Shown here one piece after another: positions 18,779 through 29,319 of a stretch of 64,000 nucleotides of DNA. Both the position numbers and the translations under genes were made by a program. Source of the stretch: Fibrobacteria bacterium (GTDB taxonomy: Bacteria > Fibrobacterota > Fibrobacteria > UBA11236 > JADFYW01); NCBI GenBank assembly GCA_050294405.1, contig JBNKOC010000009.1, forward strand, positions 85,869 through 149,868, written 5' to 3'. Every line of letters begins with the position of its first letter. Position 1 is the stretch's first letter. The notes below the pieces were generated by a model. It saw nothing but the letters and a program-made list of their open reading frames with translations, did no database searches and was not told the origin of the DNA.

Positions 18779-19966
18779 ATGGATAAGCCTTTAAACCAAG
18801 AATACGATTTTGCCATTATCGGAGCTGGCCCAGCGGGGCTTATTGCTGCCCGATACCTTGGACGAGAGGCTAAAGGCAGATCCGTGGCACTTTTGGATAG
18901 AAGGGATCCCTGGCAGGAGCCTGTGGCTTGCGCCGAAGCCGTGCACAAAAAGCAGTTTTTAGAAGTTGTAGAAAAGGCTCCATCCCAATGGGTCCGGGAA
19001 AATGTGGATGGAGTGATATTTGTTTCGCCTGATGGAACAAAAGTTCAATGCAACCAACCAGCAAGTGGTTATTTAATCGATAGAGCCTTGATGCACAAAG
19101 AATTGGCAGAAGACTGTGTGGCGACGGGAGTGGACTGTAATTTTCGCACCCGAGTGAGCGATGTAAGTCCTTTTAAAGATGGCTATAGAACTTTAAAGTA
19201 CGATGGCCATAAAAAAGGAAGTATTAGGGCTAAGGTGATTATTGATGGCAGCGGACCTGGACCTGGGTTTTGCAAAGATGAAAATATTGTTCAGGGGGAT
19301 TTCGATTTGGAACCTGCCATTTTTGCCCTGGTAAAAGGCGCGGAATTTCCTGTAAATTTTATTCAGCTTTATTTTGGTAAAAATTTTGCGCCTGGAGGTT
19401 ATGCCTGGCTTTTTCCCAGAGATGAAGAAGTGGCCAATGTGGGCTTGGTTATTGGCAAAGAATATGTTCGCCAGTATCCTCCCAGAAAAGCCTTAATGGA
19501 ATTTTTGGAAAAACATTTTAAAGGGGCGGAAATTGGAGCAATTAAGGGTGGCGGAATTTCCTGTGGCCACGATCCCCGTCCATTTGCCAGCAATAAATTG
19601 TTTAAGGTGGGAGATTCTGCTAATATGGTAAACCCTATTTCCCGCTCTGGAATTGTGGAAGCCATGTATGGAGGCAAATTAGCCGCTATGGCGGCTCTGC
19701 AAATTGTAGATGAAGAAAATCTGGAAAACTGCGAAGCTGCATACTTGGATTACAAAAAGCAGTGGGAAGAAAAATATGGCAAAAACAATCTTCGCATCCA
19801 CAAGGCAAAACCTGGTTTTGATTCCATTAGTGATTCGAATCTCAACAGGGCAGCCCACAACCTGGCAAAGGTGCCTGTGGAAAAACGGACCATGAGCAAG
19901 ATTTTTTTTAAAACTCTCTTAAGCAATCCTATAATTTTGTGGAAAATGAGGGGTTTTTTTCTCTAA
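18779..19966 (+). CDS. Geranylgeranyl reductase family FAD-dependent oxidoreductase
   Basis: GAGPAG Rossmann motif, 'P..CAEA', 'PGGYAWLFP', 'ANVG', 'VGDSA.MVNP...SGI'. Confidence 0.8.
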   Translation: MDKPLNQEYDFAIIGAGPAGLIAARYLGREAKGRSVALLDRRDPWQEPVACAEAVHKKQFLEVVEKAPSQWVRENVDGVIFVSPDGTKVQCNQPASGYLIDRALMHKELAEDCVATGVDCNFRTRVSDVSPFKDGYRTLKYDGHKKGSIRAKVIIDGSGPGPGFCKDENIVQGDFDLEPAIFALVKGAEFPVNFIQLYFGKNFAPGGYAWLFPRDEEVANVGLVIGKEYVRQYPPRKALMEFLEKHFKGAEIGAIKGGGISCGHDPRPFASNKLFKVGDSANMVNPISRSGIVEAMYGGKLAAMAALQIVDEENLENCEAAYLDYKKQWEEKYGKNNLRIHKAKPGFDSISDSNLNRAAHNLAKVPVEKRTMSKIFFKTLLSNPIILWKMRGFFL

Positions 19967-20075
19967 GGGAACCATCTCCTTAAAAATTCAAAAAATATCT
20001 TGAATTGATCCTTTCCTCCTTAATAAAATGACAATTGGCGCATGCGCCGTACAAATTTTAAAGGAGTAACCTCGC

Positions 20076-20441
20076 ATGAAAATTCTATTGGTGGACGATT
20101 CCAGCACCATGAGGCGCATTCAGAAAAATACTTTGGCTAAAATTGGATACACAGAAGTGGATGAGGCCGAAGATGGGGAAGAGGCCTTTAAAAAAATCTC
20201 GCAAACTGCTTATGAAGTGGTTTTAATGGATTGGAATATGCCGATTATGAATGGATTAGATTGCCTGAAAAAGGTAAAAGGCAATGATGCCACTAAAAAT
20301 GTTCCGGTCATTATGGTAACTTCTGAATCTGAAAAAAGCCGGATTATAGAAGCCATTCAAGCGGGCGCGGCCAATTATGTGGTGAAACCTTTCCAGCCGG
20401 ATACACTGAAAGAAAAAATTCTTGCGGTAGTGCCTGGATAG
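20076..20441 (+). CDS. cheY: Chemotaxis response regulator CheY (single receiver domain)
   Basis: 'KILLVDDSSTMRRI', 'DWNMP.MNG', 'MVTSE', 'YVVKPF'; AAGGAG RBS. Confidence 0.85.
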   Translation: MKILLVDDSSTMRRIQKNTLAKIGYTEVDEAEDGEEAFKKISQTAYEVVLMDWNMPIMNGLDCLKKVKGNDATKNVPVIMVTSESEKSRIIEAIQAGAANYVVKPFQPDTLKEKILAVVPG

Positions 20442-20479
20442 GCTTCTAAGCAACAATTAAATATCTGCAAATAATAATT

Positions 20480-20502
20480 AGCCTTTAGCCAAAGGCTTTT
20501 TT
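20480..20502 (+). terminator. Intrinsic terminator after cheY
   Basis: AGCCTTT-AGCC-AAAGGCT followed by a T tract. Confidence 0.6.
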
Positions 20503-20515
20503 ATTTATTAGTAAC

Positions 20516-21109
20516 ATGGAAAATCTATCTATTCATATAAAAAACTCCTTTGATGTAGCCCTTTCAACCTTGTCCAATTTTATTTCTGAAACAAAAAATG
20601 TGGAAGAGCTTAAAAAAATGGCGGGAACTTTAGCCAACTGTTTTAAAAATGGCGGGATGGTGCTCAGTTGTGGCAATGGCGGTTCAGCTTGTGATGCTTT
20701 GCATTTTGCCGAAGAGTTTACAGGTCAATTTCGAGAGTCCCGCAAACCCCTTCCTGCACTTTCCCTCACAGAAGCGGCTCATGTGACTTGTGTTGCCAAT
20801 GATTTTGGCTTTGATGAAATTTTCAGTAGGGGTGTTCAGGCTTATGGGAAAAAAGGGGATGTATTAATAGCCTTAAGCACAAGTGGGAATTCCAAAAATG
20901 TAATTCGTGCCGTGGAAGAAGCCGAAAAATTAGGGTTATTCGTTTTTTTATTTTTGGGAAAAGACGGAGGAAAGTTAAAAAACAATTCCCATCCCAAACT
21001 CATTGTTCCTGGCAATACTTCAGATAGAATTCAGGAAATTCACATGATGTGTTTGCATATTTTAATCGAAATTACAGAGAGAATTCTTTTCCCGGAAAAC
21101 TACCAGTAA
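20516..21109 (+). CDS. gmhA: D-sedoheptulose-7-phosphate isomerase
   Basis: 'CGNGGSA.DA.HFAEE', 'ANDFG', 'STSGNS', 'DRIQEIH'. Confidence 0.92.
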   Translation: MENLSIHIKNSFDVALSTLSNFISETKNVEELKKMAGTLANCFKNGGMVLSCGNGGSACDALHFAEEFTGQFRESRKPLPALSLTEAAHVTCVANDFGFDEIFSRGVQAYGKKGDVLIALSTSGNSKNVIRAVEEAEKLGLFVFLFLGKDGGKLKNNSHPKLIVPGNTSDRIQEIHMMCLHILIEITERILFPENYQ

Positions 21110-21110
21110 T

Positions 21111-21785
21111 TTATGTCCCAGTTTTTTCGGGGGGGCGTTTTTCATCCTGCTCCACAATTTTTGGATCAAAACTTTCTTCTTCATTATTCCAGCGATGTAT
21201 GTGTCTGGCAATAATCCCCCCTCGGGACTGCCATTTAGATAATAGATAGTACACCAAAAAATAATGTAGGGGAGCAAATATCAATGTGAATATGGTGCTT
21301 CCTACAAATATATACTTAACATGGGGCATGGTATTTGTAAAAAAACCATGAGCTTTAGGCAGATCCATTCTTCGGGAAATGGATTCCGCATTTTCCAGAG
21401 ATTTTTGGAATTTGGCAAACTCAGGTAAATGCACGGCCTCGCTAACTATTTTGCCTATTTTGTATTCCAGAGGATAAATAATGGGCATGGTTAGAGGGTT
21501 TGTTATCCAGCAGGCGATTAAGGCTGCGGGCAAATTGATTTTAAAGAAAAAGGCGATGCTTCCAGCCATTAACATTTGCAGGGGGAAAGTAGGCGTAAAT
21601 GCTATAATTGTACCCACAGCCACTCCGGCGGCCACACTCTTTGGATCCAGTACCCAAAGCCTTTTGTCGAAAAGCCTGTCTCCCACAATTTTATGGAGAA
21701 TTCCTCCATGTAAATGGCGTTTTTTAGGAAGCCGTTTAAGCAATTGCTTTAGCAAATAAAGTCTTTTGCGGCCTTTTCTTTTCAT
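21111..21785 (-). CDS. DUF2062 domain membrane protein
   Basis: 'RLW......VA.GVA.G...AF.P..PLQ', 'NLP.A...CWITNPLT'. Confidence 0.8.
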   Translation of the reverse strand: MKRKGRKRLYLLKQLLKRLPKKRHLHGGILHKIVGDRLFDKRLWVLDPKSVAAGVAVGTIIAFTPTFPLQMLMAGSIAFFFKINLPAALIACWITNPLTMPIIYPLEYKIGKIVSEAVHLPEFAKFQKSLENAESISRRMDLPKAHGFFTNTMPHVKYIFVGSTIFTLIFAPLHYFLVYYLLSKWQSRGGIIARHIHRWNNEEESFDPKIVEQDEKRPPEKTGT

Positions 21786-21799
21786 AACTTAAACGCTTT

Positions 21800-22786
21800 T
21801 TATTGAATTCGTAAATGGTAATTCCCATTATAATCTAATTCAATTGTAACTGTGGAGTTCTTTAATTCTTTTTTGAAAATAGGGATACTCTCCCATTGAG
21901 TTCCCTGTTGTTTAAATTTTTTTAAGTACTCTTCAGCTTTAATAATTCCAACTTTCGCCTTTTGGATTTGGGGACCATTCCAATTAAACAATTCAGGTAT
22001 GGCTTCGGCGAATTTAAAAATAGCTGTTTGGCCTTCACTTTCCGAAAGACCCTCCAAGTCTCTGGAGTATTCCCGATACTCCCCTTTAGTTAAGCTTTTC
22101 AGGGTAGCTTCGATTTCCTGAATAGAGTTGTTTTCTACCAGTTTTGCATATATGGGAATTTCATTGCTATGTAGTTTTAACTCAATCTGTGAGGAAAGAA
22201 TGGATTTGAAACATCGGCTTTCCTTTCCATCGCCGCAATCAATTTCCAACCAAGTTCCAGATTTTTTAAGCTTTCCATATATATCCGAGTTAAGGGAAAA
22301 GGGCCCTTCTGGTTCCTTCTCTTTAACGGGCGATTTTTCCATAAAGCAAATCCAGAACTTGTCGTTTTGGAGCCCAGAGGCCATCCAACCAGTTTCATTG
22401 TTGAACCCCTGCAATTGCCAGTGTTGCTCAATACCCGGATGAAGCGAAGCATACTTTTTTTTGTCCTCATAGTTTAAGCTCATCTCATGCCAGGTACCAC
22501 CTTGGCCGTATTTTTTGGCTAACTGGGAAATCTCGTGGTCCGTAAAGCTTTTGGCCTGAATGTATTTATGAAAATAAGGCTTATTATTTTTAAGCTGTAC
22601 TTCTAGTTGTTCCTTATTTTTACTGCTTTCACGAGTAAAATGGGTAATATCTCCCTCTTTATAGCTTTTACCAGGATATTCTGCCTTTAAATTTTCTAAA
22701 GAGGGAAACTGCAGGCTGTAGCCGGGGGAAATGCCCATCCATAAAAAGGCTGCAAGTACAGCCTTACTCAATTTCGCTGGGGTCAT
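21800..22786 (-). CDS. Hypothetical exported protein
   Basis: Long ORF. ATG at 22786 has a GAAGGA RBS and a signal-peptide-like N-terminus; it overlaps the end of gyrA. Confidence 0.6.
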   Translation of the reverse strand: MTPAKLSKAVLAAFLWMGISPGYSLQFPSLENLKAEYPGKSYKEGDITHFTRESSKNKEQLEVQLKNNKPYFHKYIQAKSFTDHEISQLAKKYGQGGTWHEMSLNYEDKKKYASLHPGIEQHWQLQGFNNETGWMASGLQNDKFWICFMEKSPVKEKEPEGPFSLNSDIYGKLKKSGTWLEIDCGDGKESRCFKSILSSQIELKLHSNEIPIYAKLVENNSIQEIEATLKSLTKGEYREYSRDLEGLSESEGQTAIFKFAEAIPELFNWNGPQIQKAKVGIIKAEEYLKKFKQQGTQWESIPIFKKELKNSTVTIELDYNGNYHLRIQ

Positions 22787-25328
22787 TTCCTTCTGCATCA
22801 TTATTATTTTCTGAATTATCAGTGATTTCATCAATGGGGGATTCGACTAAAGGCTCGGAAGCCAAGGCTTTTGCTCCTTCTTCTAATTCTTCTTCACTAT
22901 CCATAACTTCCACATCACTCACGGAATCACCGCCTCCTACCCGGATGGCCCTCACTCCCTGAGTAGCTCTTCCCAACACGCTGATGGAATCTACACGAAG
23001 TTTAATAAGGACACCGTTTTTGGTGAGAATCATCAATTCCTGTTTGTTGTTCACAGCCGAGATAGCTACAGCAGGACCATTCTTATCGGTAATTTTTATG
23101 TTTTTAACTCCTTTGCCGCCGCGCCCCGTCAAACGGTATTCAGATGGGTCGGTACATTTGGCAAAACCTTTTTCGGTCACAGTCAGGATTTTTTGAGAGC
23201 CGTCAATAACAACCATGCCGATTACTAAGTCGTCCTCACCCAGGCTAATTCCTTTTACTCCCCGGGTTCCCCGGCCAGTTTGACGGAATTGGCTCATTTC
23301 AAAGCGAATGGCCTGGCCCATGCGGGTTCCAATCATAACATCCTGGGAGTTGGTGGCTAAAACTACATTGATAAGCTTATCCTGTTCATCCAGGTTAATG
23401 GCGTTAATTCCAGAGCTTCTGGGCCGGCTGAAATCCGACAAAGCCATTTTGTTGATAATTCCATTTTGGGTGGCAAGCACCAAAAAATGCTCACTGTCAA
23501 AATTTTTAACAGGAACAAAGGCAGTGACTTTTTCATCCTGGCTGAGCTGGGCTAAATTAACCAGCGCCTTGCCCTTGGAGGTTCTGGAACCTTCGGGGAT
23601 TTCAAATACCCGCAGCCAATAACATCGGCCCCTATTTGTGAAAATCAAAACATAGCTATGGGCCCAGCCTACAAATAAATGCTCAATGTAATCTTCGGTT
23701 TTAAATGTGGCTGCGGTGATTCCCTTGCCGCCTCGACCCTGCGCGCGGTAGCTGTCCGCAGGGATGCGTTTAATATAACCCTGATGAGAAATTGTAATGA
23801 CCATGGGTTCATCGGCAATCAAGTCCAAATGTGTGACTTCTTCAGCCAAATCTTCAATGGCGGTTCTTCTGGGATCTCCATGTTTTTTCTCAATGGCACG
23901 CAGCTCATCTGAAATAATGTTCATACGCCTTTCTTCATTGGCCAGAATATCAGCAAGGTCTTTTATTTTTTCTACCAATTCCAGGTATTCTTTTTCAATT
24001 TTTTCGATTTCCAAACCTGTTAAGGTTCTAAGGCGCATTTCCACAATGGCCTGGCTTTGTTTTTGGCTCAGTTGGTAGGTTTCTTCCAATTTGCGCTGAG
24101 CTTCAGCTGTGTCTGAGGAGTTGCGGATAATAGCAATTACATTATCGATATTTTCAATGGCGATTCTAAGGCCTTCTAAAATGTGGGCTCGCTCTTCAGC
24201 CTTTCTTTTTTCAAATTCCGTACGGCGCACAACAATGACGTGACGGTGTTTAATGTATTCATCAATAAGCTGGCGCAAGGTTAGAACTTTGGGTTTACCA
24301 TCTACAAGGGCCAGGTTGTTTATGGAATAGGTAACCTGAAGTTGCGTGTATTTGAATAATTTGTTTAGAATTATCTCGGGAATGGCTTCTTTTTTAAGTT
24401 CCATTACTATGCGCATCCCAAAGCGGTCGGATTCGTCGCGCAAATCGGAAATGCCTTCAATGGTTTTAGCGCGTATGAGCTGAGCCATTTTTTCCAATAA
24501 CATGGATTTGTTAACCTGGTAGGGAATTTCAGTGACAATCAAGCGGTGTTTGCCATTGGCCATTTCCTCAGATTCAATTTTGCCGCGCAATTGAACACGG
24601 CCTTTGCCTTTCAGGTAGGCCAATTGAATTCCGGTTCTGCCATAAATAATCCCCCCAGTGGGAAAATCAGGGCCCGAAACAATTTTTAACAATTCTTCAT
24701 CGGGCATTTGCGGGTTTTGGATGACCGCAATGATGGCATTGGTAATTTCCGTGAGATTATGGGGAGCTAAATTTGTAGCCATTCCCACGGCAATGCCCGT
24801 TGTGCCGTTTACCAGCAAATTGGGAAAAGCAGAAGGCAATACGGAAGGCTCTGTCATGCTATCGTCATAGTTGGGAACGAAGTCCACAGTTTCTTTTTCC
24901 AAATCCTCAAGCATGAGGGCGGAAAAATGATCCATGCGCGCTTCGGTGTAACGCATAGCCGCCGGAGAATCTCCGTCAATGCTTCCGAAGTTTCCCTGGC
25001 CTTCCACCAGGCAATAGCGCATTGAAAAGCTTTGAGCCATGCGCACCAGAGTGTGGTACACAGCTGTATCTCCATGGGGATGGTATTTACCAATAACATC
25101 ACCCACAATTCTGGCGGATTTCTTAAAGGGCTTACCTGGATTTAAGCTCAAATTCTCCATGCCGTACAAAACACGCCTGTGAACAGGTTTTAATCCATCT
25201 CGTACATCAGGCAATGCTCTGGATACGATAACGGACATGGCGTAAGTCACATAGGACTTCTTCATTTCATCCACAATTGGAGTTTGAATCACATTGTGGG
25301 GTTTTTTAATTTCTTCCTGCTCAGACAT
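22764..25328 (-). CDS. gyrA: DNA gyrase subunit A
   Basis: '[17 protein letters not shown]', 'YHPHGD', 'AAMRYTE', GyrA-box 'QGRGGKG', beta-pinwheel repeats, acidic tail. Confidence 0.97.
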   Translation of the reverse strand: MSEQEEIKKPHNVIQTPIVDEMKKSYVTYAMSVIVSRALPDVRDGLKPVHRRVLYGMENLSLNPGKPFKKSARIVGDVIGKYHPHGDTAVYHTLVRMAQSFSMRYCLVEGQGNFGSIDGDSPAAMRYTEARMDHFSALMLEDLEKETVDFVPNYDDSMTEPSVLPSAFPNLLVNGTTGIAVGMATNLAPHNLTEITNAIIAVIQNPQMPDEELLKIVSGPDFPTGGIIYGRTGIQLAYLKGKGRVQLRGKIESEEMANGKHRLIVTEIPYQVNKSMLLEKMAQLIRAKTIEGISDLRDESDRFGMRIVMELKKEAIPEIILNKLFKYTQLQVTYSINNLALVDGKPKVLTLRQLIDEYIKHRHVIVVRRTEFEKRKAEERAHILEGLRIAIENIDNVIAIIRNSSDTAEAQRKLEETYQLSQKQSQAIVEMRLRTLTGLEIEKIEKEYLELVEKIKDLADILANEERRMNIISDELRAIEKKHGDPRRTAIEDLAEEVTHLDLIADEPMVITISHQGYIKRIPADSYRAQGRGGKGITAATFKTEDYIEHLFVGWAHSYVLIFTNRGRCYWLRVFEIPEGSRTSKGKALVNLAQLSQDEKVTAFVPVKNFDSEHFLVLATQNGIINKMALSDFSRPRSSGINAINLDEQDKLINVVLATNSQDVMIGTRMGQAIRFEMSQFRQTGRGTRGVKGISLGEDDLVIGMVVIDGSQKILTVTEKGFAKCTDPSEYRLTGRGGKGVKNIKITDKNGPAVAISAVNNKQELMILTKNGVLIKLRVDSISVLGRATQGVRAIRVGGGDSVSDVEVMDSEEELEEGAKALASEPLVESPIDEITDNSENNNDAEGNDPSEIE

Positions 25329-25343
25329 AGATTTTATTCGCTG

Positions 25344-26108
25344 TTAAATGTTAAACAAATGTAGATGGTTTTTGAGTCTTGCCTGTTCCACGGAACAAGT
25401 TTGGTCAATAGTCAAAGGAGTAATTGCGATTTTGTTGTTCAACAAAGCTTCGTCATCAGTATCAGGACCAATTTCTTCAAGATGTTTGTATCCATCAAGC
25501 CAGTATTCAGAATGGCCCCTGGGGGTTACCACTTCCAGATATCTATCTTTGAATTCAGCCAGTCCCATTTTTCCAATATGTATGCCCTCGATTTCCGAAG
25601 GAGGGCATTTCGGGAAATTAATATTCCAGAACTTTCCTTTTTCCGCTAAAAAAGCATTGGAACTTTGCAAAAATCTATGGAGCCAGTCAGCAGCGTGGCG
25701 GGCTCTTTCCATATTACCTTCCCAAATGGATAAAGCCAGGCTGGGAATCCCCCAGGTAGCTCCTTCTCTGGCACCGGCAACCGTTCCTGAATACAGGGCG
25801 TTTAAGCCCGCATTTTCTCCAGGGTTAATGCCAGAAACAACCAGGTCGAATTTTTCTTCTCGAAACAAATGGCAAATGGCGAGCTTGATGCAATCAGAAG
25901 GGGTTCCATCTACTTTGTATGCAGGATAGTTTTTGCCAGCTAACTTTTGGTATTTAAGACTGCGATACATGGAAATGGCCTGGCCAATTCCGCTTTGTTC
26001 GTGGAAGGGCGCAATCAAATGTATTTGATGGTCGGTTTTTAAAACTTCACAAAGAATATCCAAGTATGGACTTTGAAAACCATCGTCGTTAGTGATTAAT
26101 ATTTTCAT
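25344..26108 (-). CDS. surE: 5'/3'-nucleotidase SurE
   Basis: 'MKILITNDDG', 'GTPSDC', 'SGINPGEN.G....YSGTV'. Confidence 0.95.
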   Translation of the reverse strand: MKILITNDDGFQSPYLDILCEVLKTDHQIHLIAPFHEQSGIGQAISMYRSLKYQKLAGKNYPAYKVDGTPSDCIKLAICHLFREEKFDLVVSGINPGENAGLNALYSGTVAGAREGATWGIPSLALSIWEGNMERARHAADWLHRFLQSSNAFLAEKGKFWNINFPKCPPSEIEGIHIGKMGLAEFKDRYLEVVTPRGHSEYWLDGYKHLEEIGPDTDDEALLNNKIAITPLTIDQTCSVEQARLKNHLHLFNI

Positions 26109-26481
26109 GGATGGAGGAAAAATTCCCAAGGTCCCGCGGGAATTTGGAGCAAGAATTTTGCAGTTAAGGCTAACATCCTGGATTGGAAATGATTTGATAA
26201 TAAAATAAACATTTGCCTGGTTAAGCCTATTCCTTTAAATCCCTGTTTTTTGAGGCTTTGGAAGGTAAAATACAACATGTATTTTAACCTCAAAAAGATG
26301 GGAAAAAATTACAAAAATAAGCCAAAAATGCAAGGAAAATGGCTATGTAAAAGGCCTTAATTTCCATGTATTTTTAAAGGCAAAATTCATCCCCAAAAAG
26401 ACCCGGCAGCCTATGGAAAAATTGTGCATCCTGTGCTATTTTTGCAGTTGGCAATTTTAAATAATTCAGGAAGAATTACTG

Positions 26482-27744
26482 ATGGCAATTAAACTCCCAA
26501 AAGGGACCCGGGATTTTTACCCCGAGGAAATGGCAATCCAAAACTGGATCTTTGAAGAGTGGAAAAGAACCTGCCAGGCCTTTGGTTTTAGGGAGTATGA
26601 ATCCGCTGCTTTTGAACATCTTGACCTCTACACCCAAAAATCTGGGGAAGAAATTGTGGGTCAACTGTACAACTTTACAGACAAAGGGGGGAGGGAAATC
26701 GCTCTCCGCCCAGAAATGACTCCAACCCTGGCTAGAATGGTTAATCAAAAAGGCCCGTCTCTCAAATTGCCCATTCGCTGGTTTTCTATTCCCCGTCTTT
26801 GGCGTTATGAGAGGGCTCAAAGAGGGCGCCTTAGAGAGTTCTTTCAATTGAACATGGATATTTTAGGGGCTAATACTATTTGGGCCGAAATAGATCTCAT
26901 TACAGCTGTTATTAGCATGCTTAAAAACTTCGGGCTTGGTGCGGATGATTTTTATGTGGGGATTTCCAGCCGAAAATTATTGCTGCAAATTTTAAGAGCA
27001 TTGGGCGTTGAGGAAAATCAGGACCCCGCCGTATTGGCTGCCTTGGATAAAAGAGCTAAAATACCTCCAGAGCAATTTTTAACCCTTTTAGAGGGGGCTA
27101 AAATTTCCAGAGAAAGTGCACTTAAAATTGAAGAGCTATTTCGCAGCGCCAGCCTGGAACAACTGCAAAATTTATCCGATAGCGAATCTTACCGGGAAGC
27201 CTTTGCCGAAATTAAAGAGCTATTAGACAGTTTGGAAGCTATTGGCTTAAAGGATTTTATCCGTTTTGATTTGTCCATTGTAAGAGGGCTTGCTTATTAC
27301 ACAGGTATTGTGTTTGAAGTTTTGGATTGCCAGGGCGAGCTTCGGGCCATAGCTGGTGGAGGCCGTTACGATAATCTTTTAAAAGCTCTGGGTGGACAGG
27401 ATGTTTCAGGTGTGGGTTTTGGAATTGGGGATGTTGTTTTATCGGAAATGCTTAAAGATAAAAATCTGTTGCCCAAAACCTTATTCCGGCTGGACTACTA
27501 TCTGGTGAGTTTTCAGAATTTATCGTCCGAGTTGATCGCTCTGGCCCAAAAGTTAAGAGAAAAAGGCAAATCTGTAGCCTATTCTTTAAAGGCTGCCAAA
27601 TTGAAAAAACAGCTATCCGAAGCTGAGGAAATGGGAGCTAAAAGAGTTTTGTTTTTCGCCTCTGAAAATGCGCCTGAAGGACATTTTGAAGTTAAAAATC
27701 TCGATACACGTACCCAGGAAGTTTTGCCATATGACCAACTCTAA
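26482..27744 (+). CDS. hisS: Histidine--tRNA ligase
   Basis: 'PKGTRDFYP', 'LRPEMT', 'WRYER.Q.GR.REF.Q', 'RGLAYYTG', 'GGGRYD'. Confidence 0.95.
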   Translation: MAIKLPKGTRDFYPEEMAIQNWIFEEWKRTCQAFGFREYESAAFEHLDLYTQKSGEEIVGQLYNFTDKGGREIALRPEMTPTLARMVNQKGPSLKLPIRWFSIPRLWRYERAQRGRLREFFQLNMDILGANTIWAEIDLITAVISMLKNFGLGADDFYVGISSRKLLLQILRALGVEENQDPAVLAALDKRAKIPPEQFLTLLEGAKISRESALKIEELFRSASLEQLQNLSDSESYREAFAEIKELLDSLEAIGLKDFIRFDLSIVRGLAYYTGIVFEVLDCQGELRAIAGGGRYDNLLKALGGQDVSGVGFGIGDVVLSEMLKDKNLLPKTLFRLDYYLVSFQNLSSELIALAQKLREKGKSVAYSLKAAKLKKQLSEAEEMGAKRVLFFASENAPEGHFEVKNLDTRTQEVLPYDQL

Positions 27745-28189
27745 GAACCATAAAAAATTACTCGGGAAAAAATTATCCGATGGCGGTTATGAGGGCCTGC
27801 AAAACCACATTCCCAACTTGGAAACCCCTTCCATTGATGTATGGGAGTTTCAGTATCCTGGAACCGAGTCGGAAATAAAAATATCTATTCCTGAATTTAC
27901 CTGTATTTGTCCCAAAACCGGTTTACCTGATTTTGCAACATTAATCATTCGCTATGTTCCCAACAAATTGTGCCTGGAGCTAAAAAGCCTTAAGGAATAC
28001 CTTTTGTTCTACAGGGAACTGGGTATATTTCATGAACATGTGGTAAATAAGCTGCTGGGCGATTGTGTTAAAGTAACTGCGCCCTTGTGGATGGAAGTAG
28101 AGGGCGTTTTTAATGCCAGAGGCGGCATTCAAACTACCGCGAAAACATTTTACAGCTCCAAAAAATTTAAAACTCAAAAAAGGAAATAA
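27731..28189 (+). CDS. queF: NADPH-dependent 7-cyano-7-deazaguanine reductase (preQ1 synthase), monomodular type
   Basis: '[15 protein letters not shown]', 'ELKSLKEY', 'FHEH', 'RGGI'. Confidence 0.93.
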   Translation: MTNSKNHKKLLGKKLSDGGYEGLQNHIPNLETPSIDVWEFQYPGTESEIKISIPEFTCICPKTGLPDFATLIIRYVPNKLCLELKSLKEYLLFYRELGIFHEHVVNKLLGDCVKVTAPLWMEVEGVFNARGGIQTTAKTFYSSKKFKTQKRK

Positions 28190-28190
28190 T

Positions 28191-29261
28191 ATGAAAGACG
28201 TGGTGAATTTCAGTGCAGGGCCTGCCATTTTACCCAAGGAGGTTTTTAAGCAGGCGTCATCCGCAGTAGTGGATTTTAACGATTCGGGGCTGTCCATTTT
28301 AGAAATGTCCCATCGCTCCAAGGATATTATTGCTGTAGCAGACGAAGCCACACAACTGGCCGCAGAATTGTTAAATGTTCCAGAAGGCTATAAGGTTTTG
28401 TTTTTACAGGGAGGCGCTTCTCTGCAATTTTCCATGGTGCCCTATAACCTTTTACCCGAAGGCAAAAAGGCTGGATACATGGATACAGGTGCCTGGTCCA
28501 AAAAGGCCATTAAGGAAGCTCAGTTATTTGGCAATGTAAATGTATTGGCCTCTTCTTCAGATAAAAATTACAATTATATTCCCGCAATCCCTCAAATTCC
28601 ATCTGATTTGGAATACCTGCATGTAACTTCCAATAACACCATTTACGGAACGCAATACAAAGATTTTCCTGAAACCTCCGTTCCTTTGATTGCGGACATG
28701 TCTTCCGATATATTCAGCCGCACTTTTGATGTATCCAAATTTAACTTGATATATGCCGGAGCTCAGAAAAACATGGGCTGTGCGGGTACTACACTGGTTG
28801 TTGTTAAAGAGGATTGTCTGGGAAAATCCGGCCGCAGTATTCCTTCCATGCTGGATTACCAAATCCATATCAAAGGCGAATCTATGTTTAATACGCCCCC
28901 GGTATTTGGAATCTACATTGCTTTGGAAACCATGCGCTGGCTAAAAGAATTGGGAGGCGTTTCCACCATTCAGAAAATCAATGAAAGAAAAGCCGCAAAA
29001 CTGTATCAGGAAATTGATAGAAACCCACTGTTTGTGGGAACTGCAGAGAAGGAAAACCGTTCTAATATGAATGTGACTTTTGTGATGGAAGACTCCAGCT
29101 TAGAAGCTGAATTTTTAAAATTAGCCAGCGACAATGGCTTAAGCGGTTTAAAGGGCCACCGTTCTGTGGGCGGTTTTCGCGCCTCCATTTATAACGCTAT
29201 GCCCGAATCTGGTATCGACCGTTTAATAACTTGCATGCAAGATTTTGAAAAATCTAAGTAA
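28191..29261 (+). CDS. serC: Phosphoserine aminotransferase
   Basis: 'NFSAGPA.LP', 'EMSHRS', 'GGASLQF', 'AGAQKN', 'GHRSVGG.RASIYNA'. Confidence 0.96.
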   Translation: MKDVVNFSAGPAILPKEVFKQASSAVVDFNDSGLSILEMSHRSKDIIAVADEATQLAAELLNVPEGYKVLFLQGGASLQFSMVPYNLLPEGKKAGYMDTGAWSKKAIKEAQLFGNVNVLASSSDKNYNYIPAIPQIPSDLEYLHVTSNNTIYGTQYKDFPETSVPLIADMSSDIFSRTFDVSKFNLIYAGAQKNMGCAGTTLVVVKEDCLGKSGRSIPSMLDYQIHIKGESMFNTPPVFGIYIALETMRWLKELGGVSTIQKINERKAAKLYQEIDRNPLFVGTAEKENRSNMNVTFVMEDSSLEAEFLKLASDNGLSGLKGHRSVGGFRASIYNAMPESGIDRLITCMQDFEKSK

Positions 29262-29279
29262 GTATAATTAACATATTAC

Positions 29280-29311
29280 AAAGCCTTTGGAAAACTCCAG
29301 GGGCTTTTTTT
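29280..29311. terminator. Bidirectional intrinsic terminator between serC and dnaE
   Basis: AAAGCCTTTGGA-AAAC-TCCAGGGGCTTT plus a T tract. Confidence 0.7.
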
Positions 29312-29319
29312 GTGGAAAA

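Noticed and set aside
25348..25929. Long antisense ORFs (here 193 aa; similar ones opposite trpD, valS and dnaE)
   Set aside because: They lie entirely opposite well-supported housekeeping genes and show no family motifs.
26109..26481. oriC or ncRNA in the AT-rich surE-hisS gap
   Set aside because: No DnaA-box cluster or recognisable RNA structure; consistent with a divergent promoter region.
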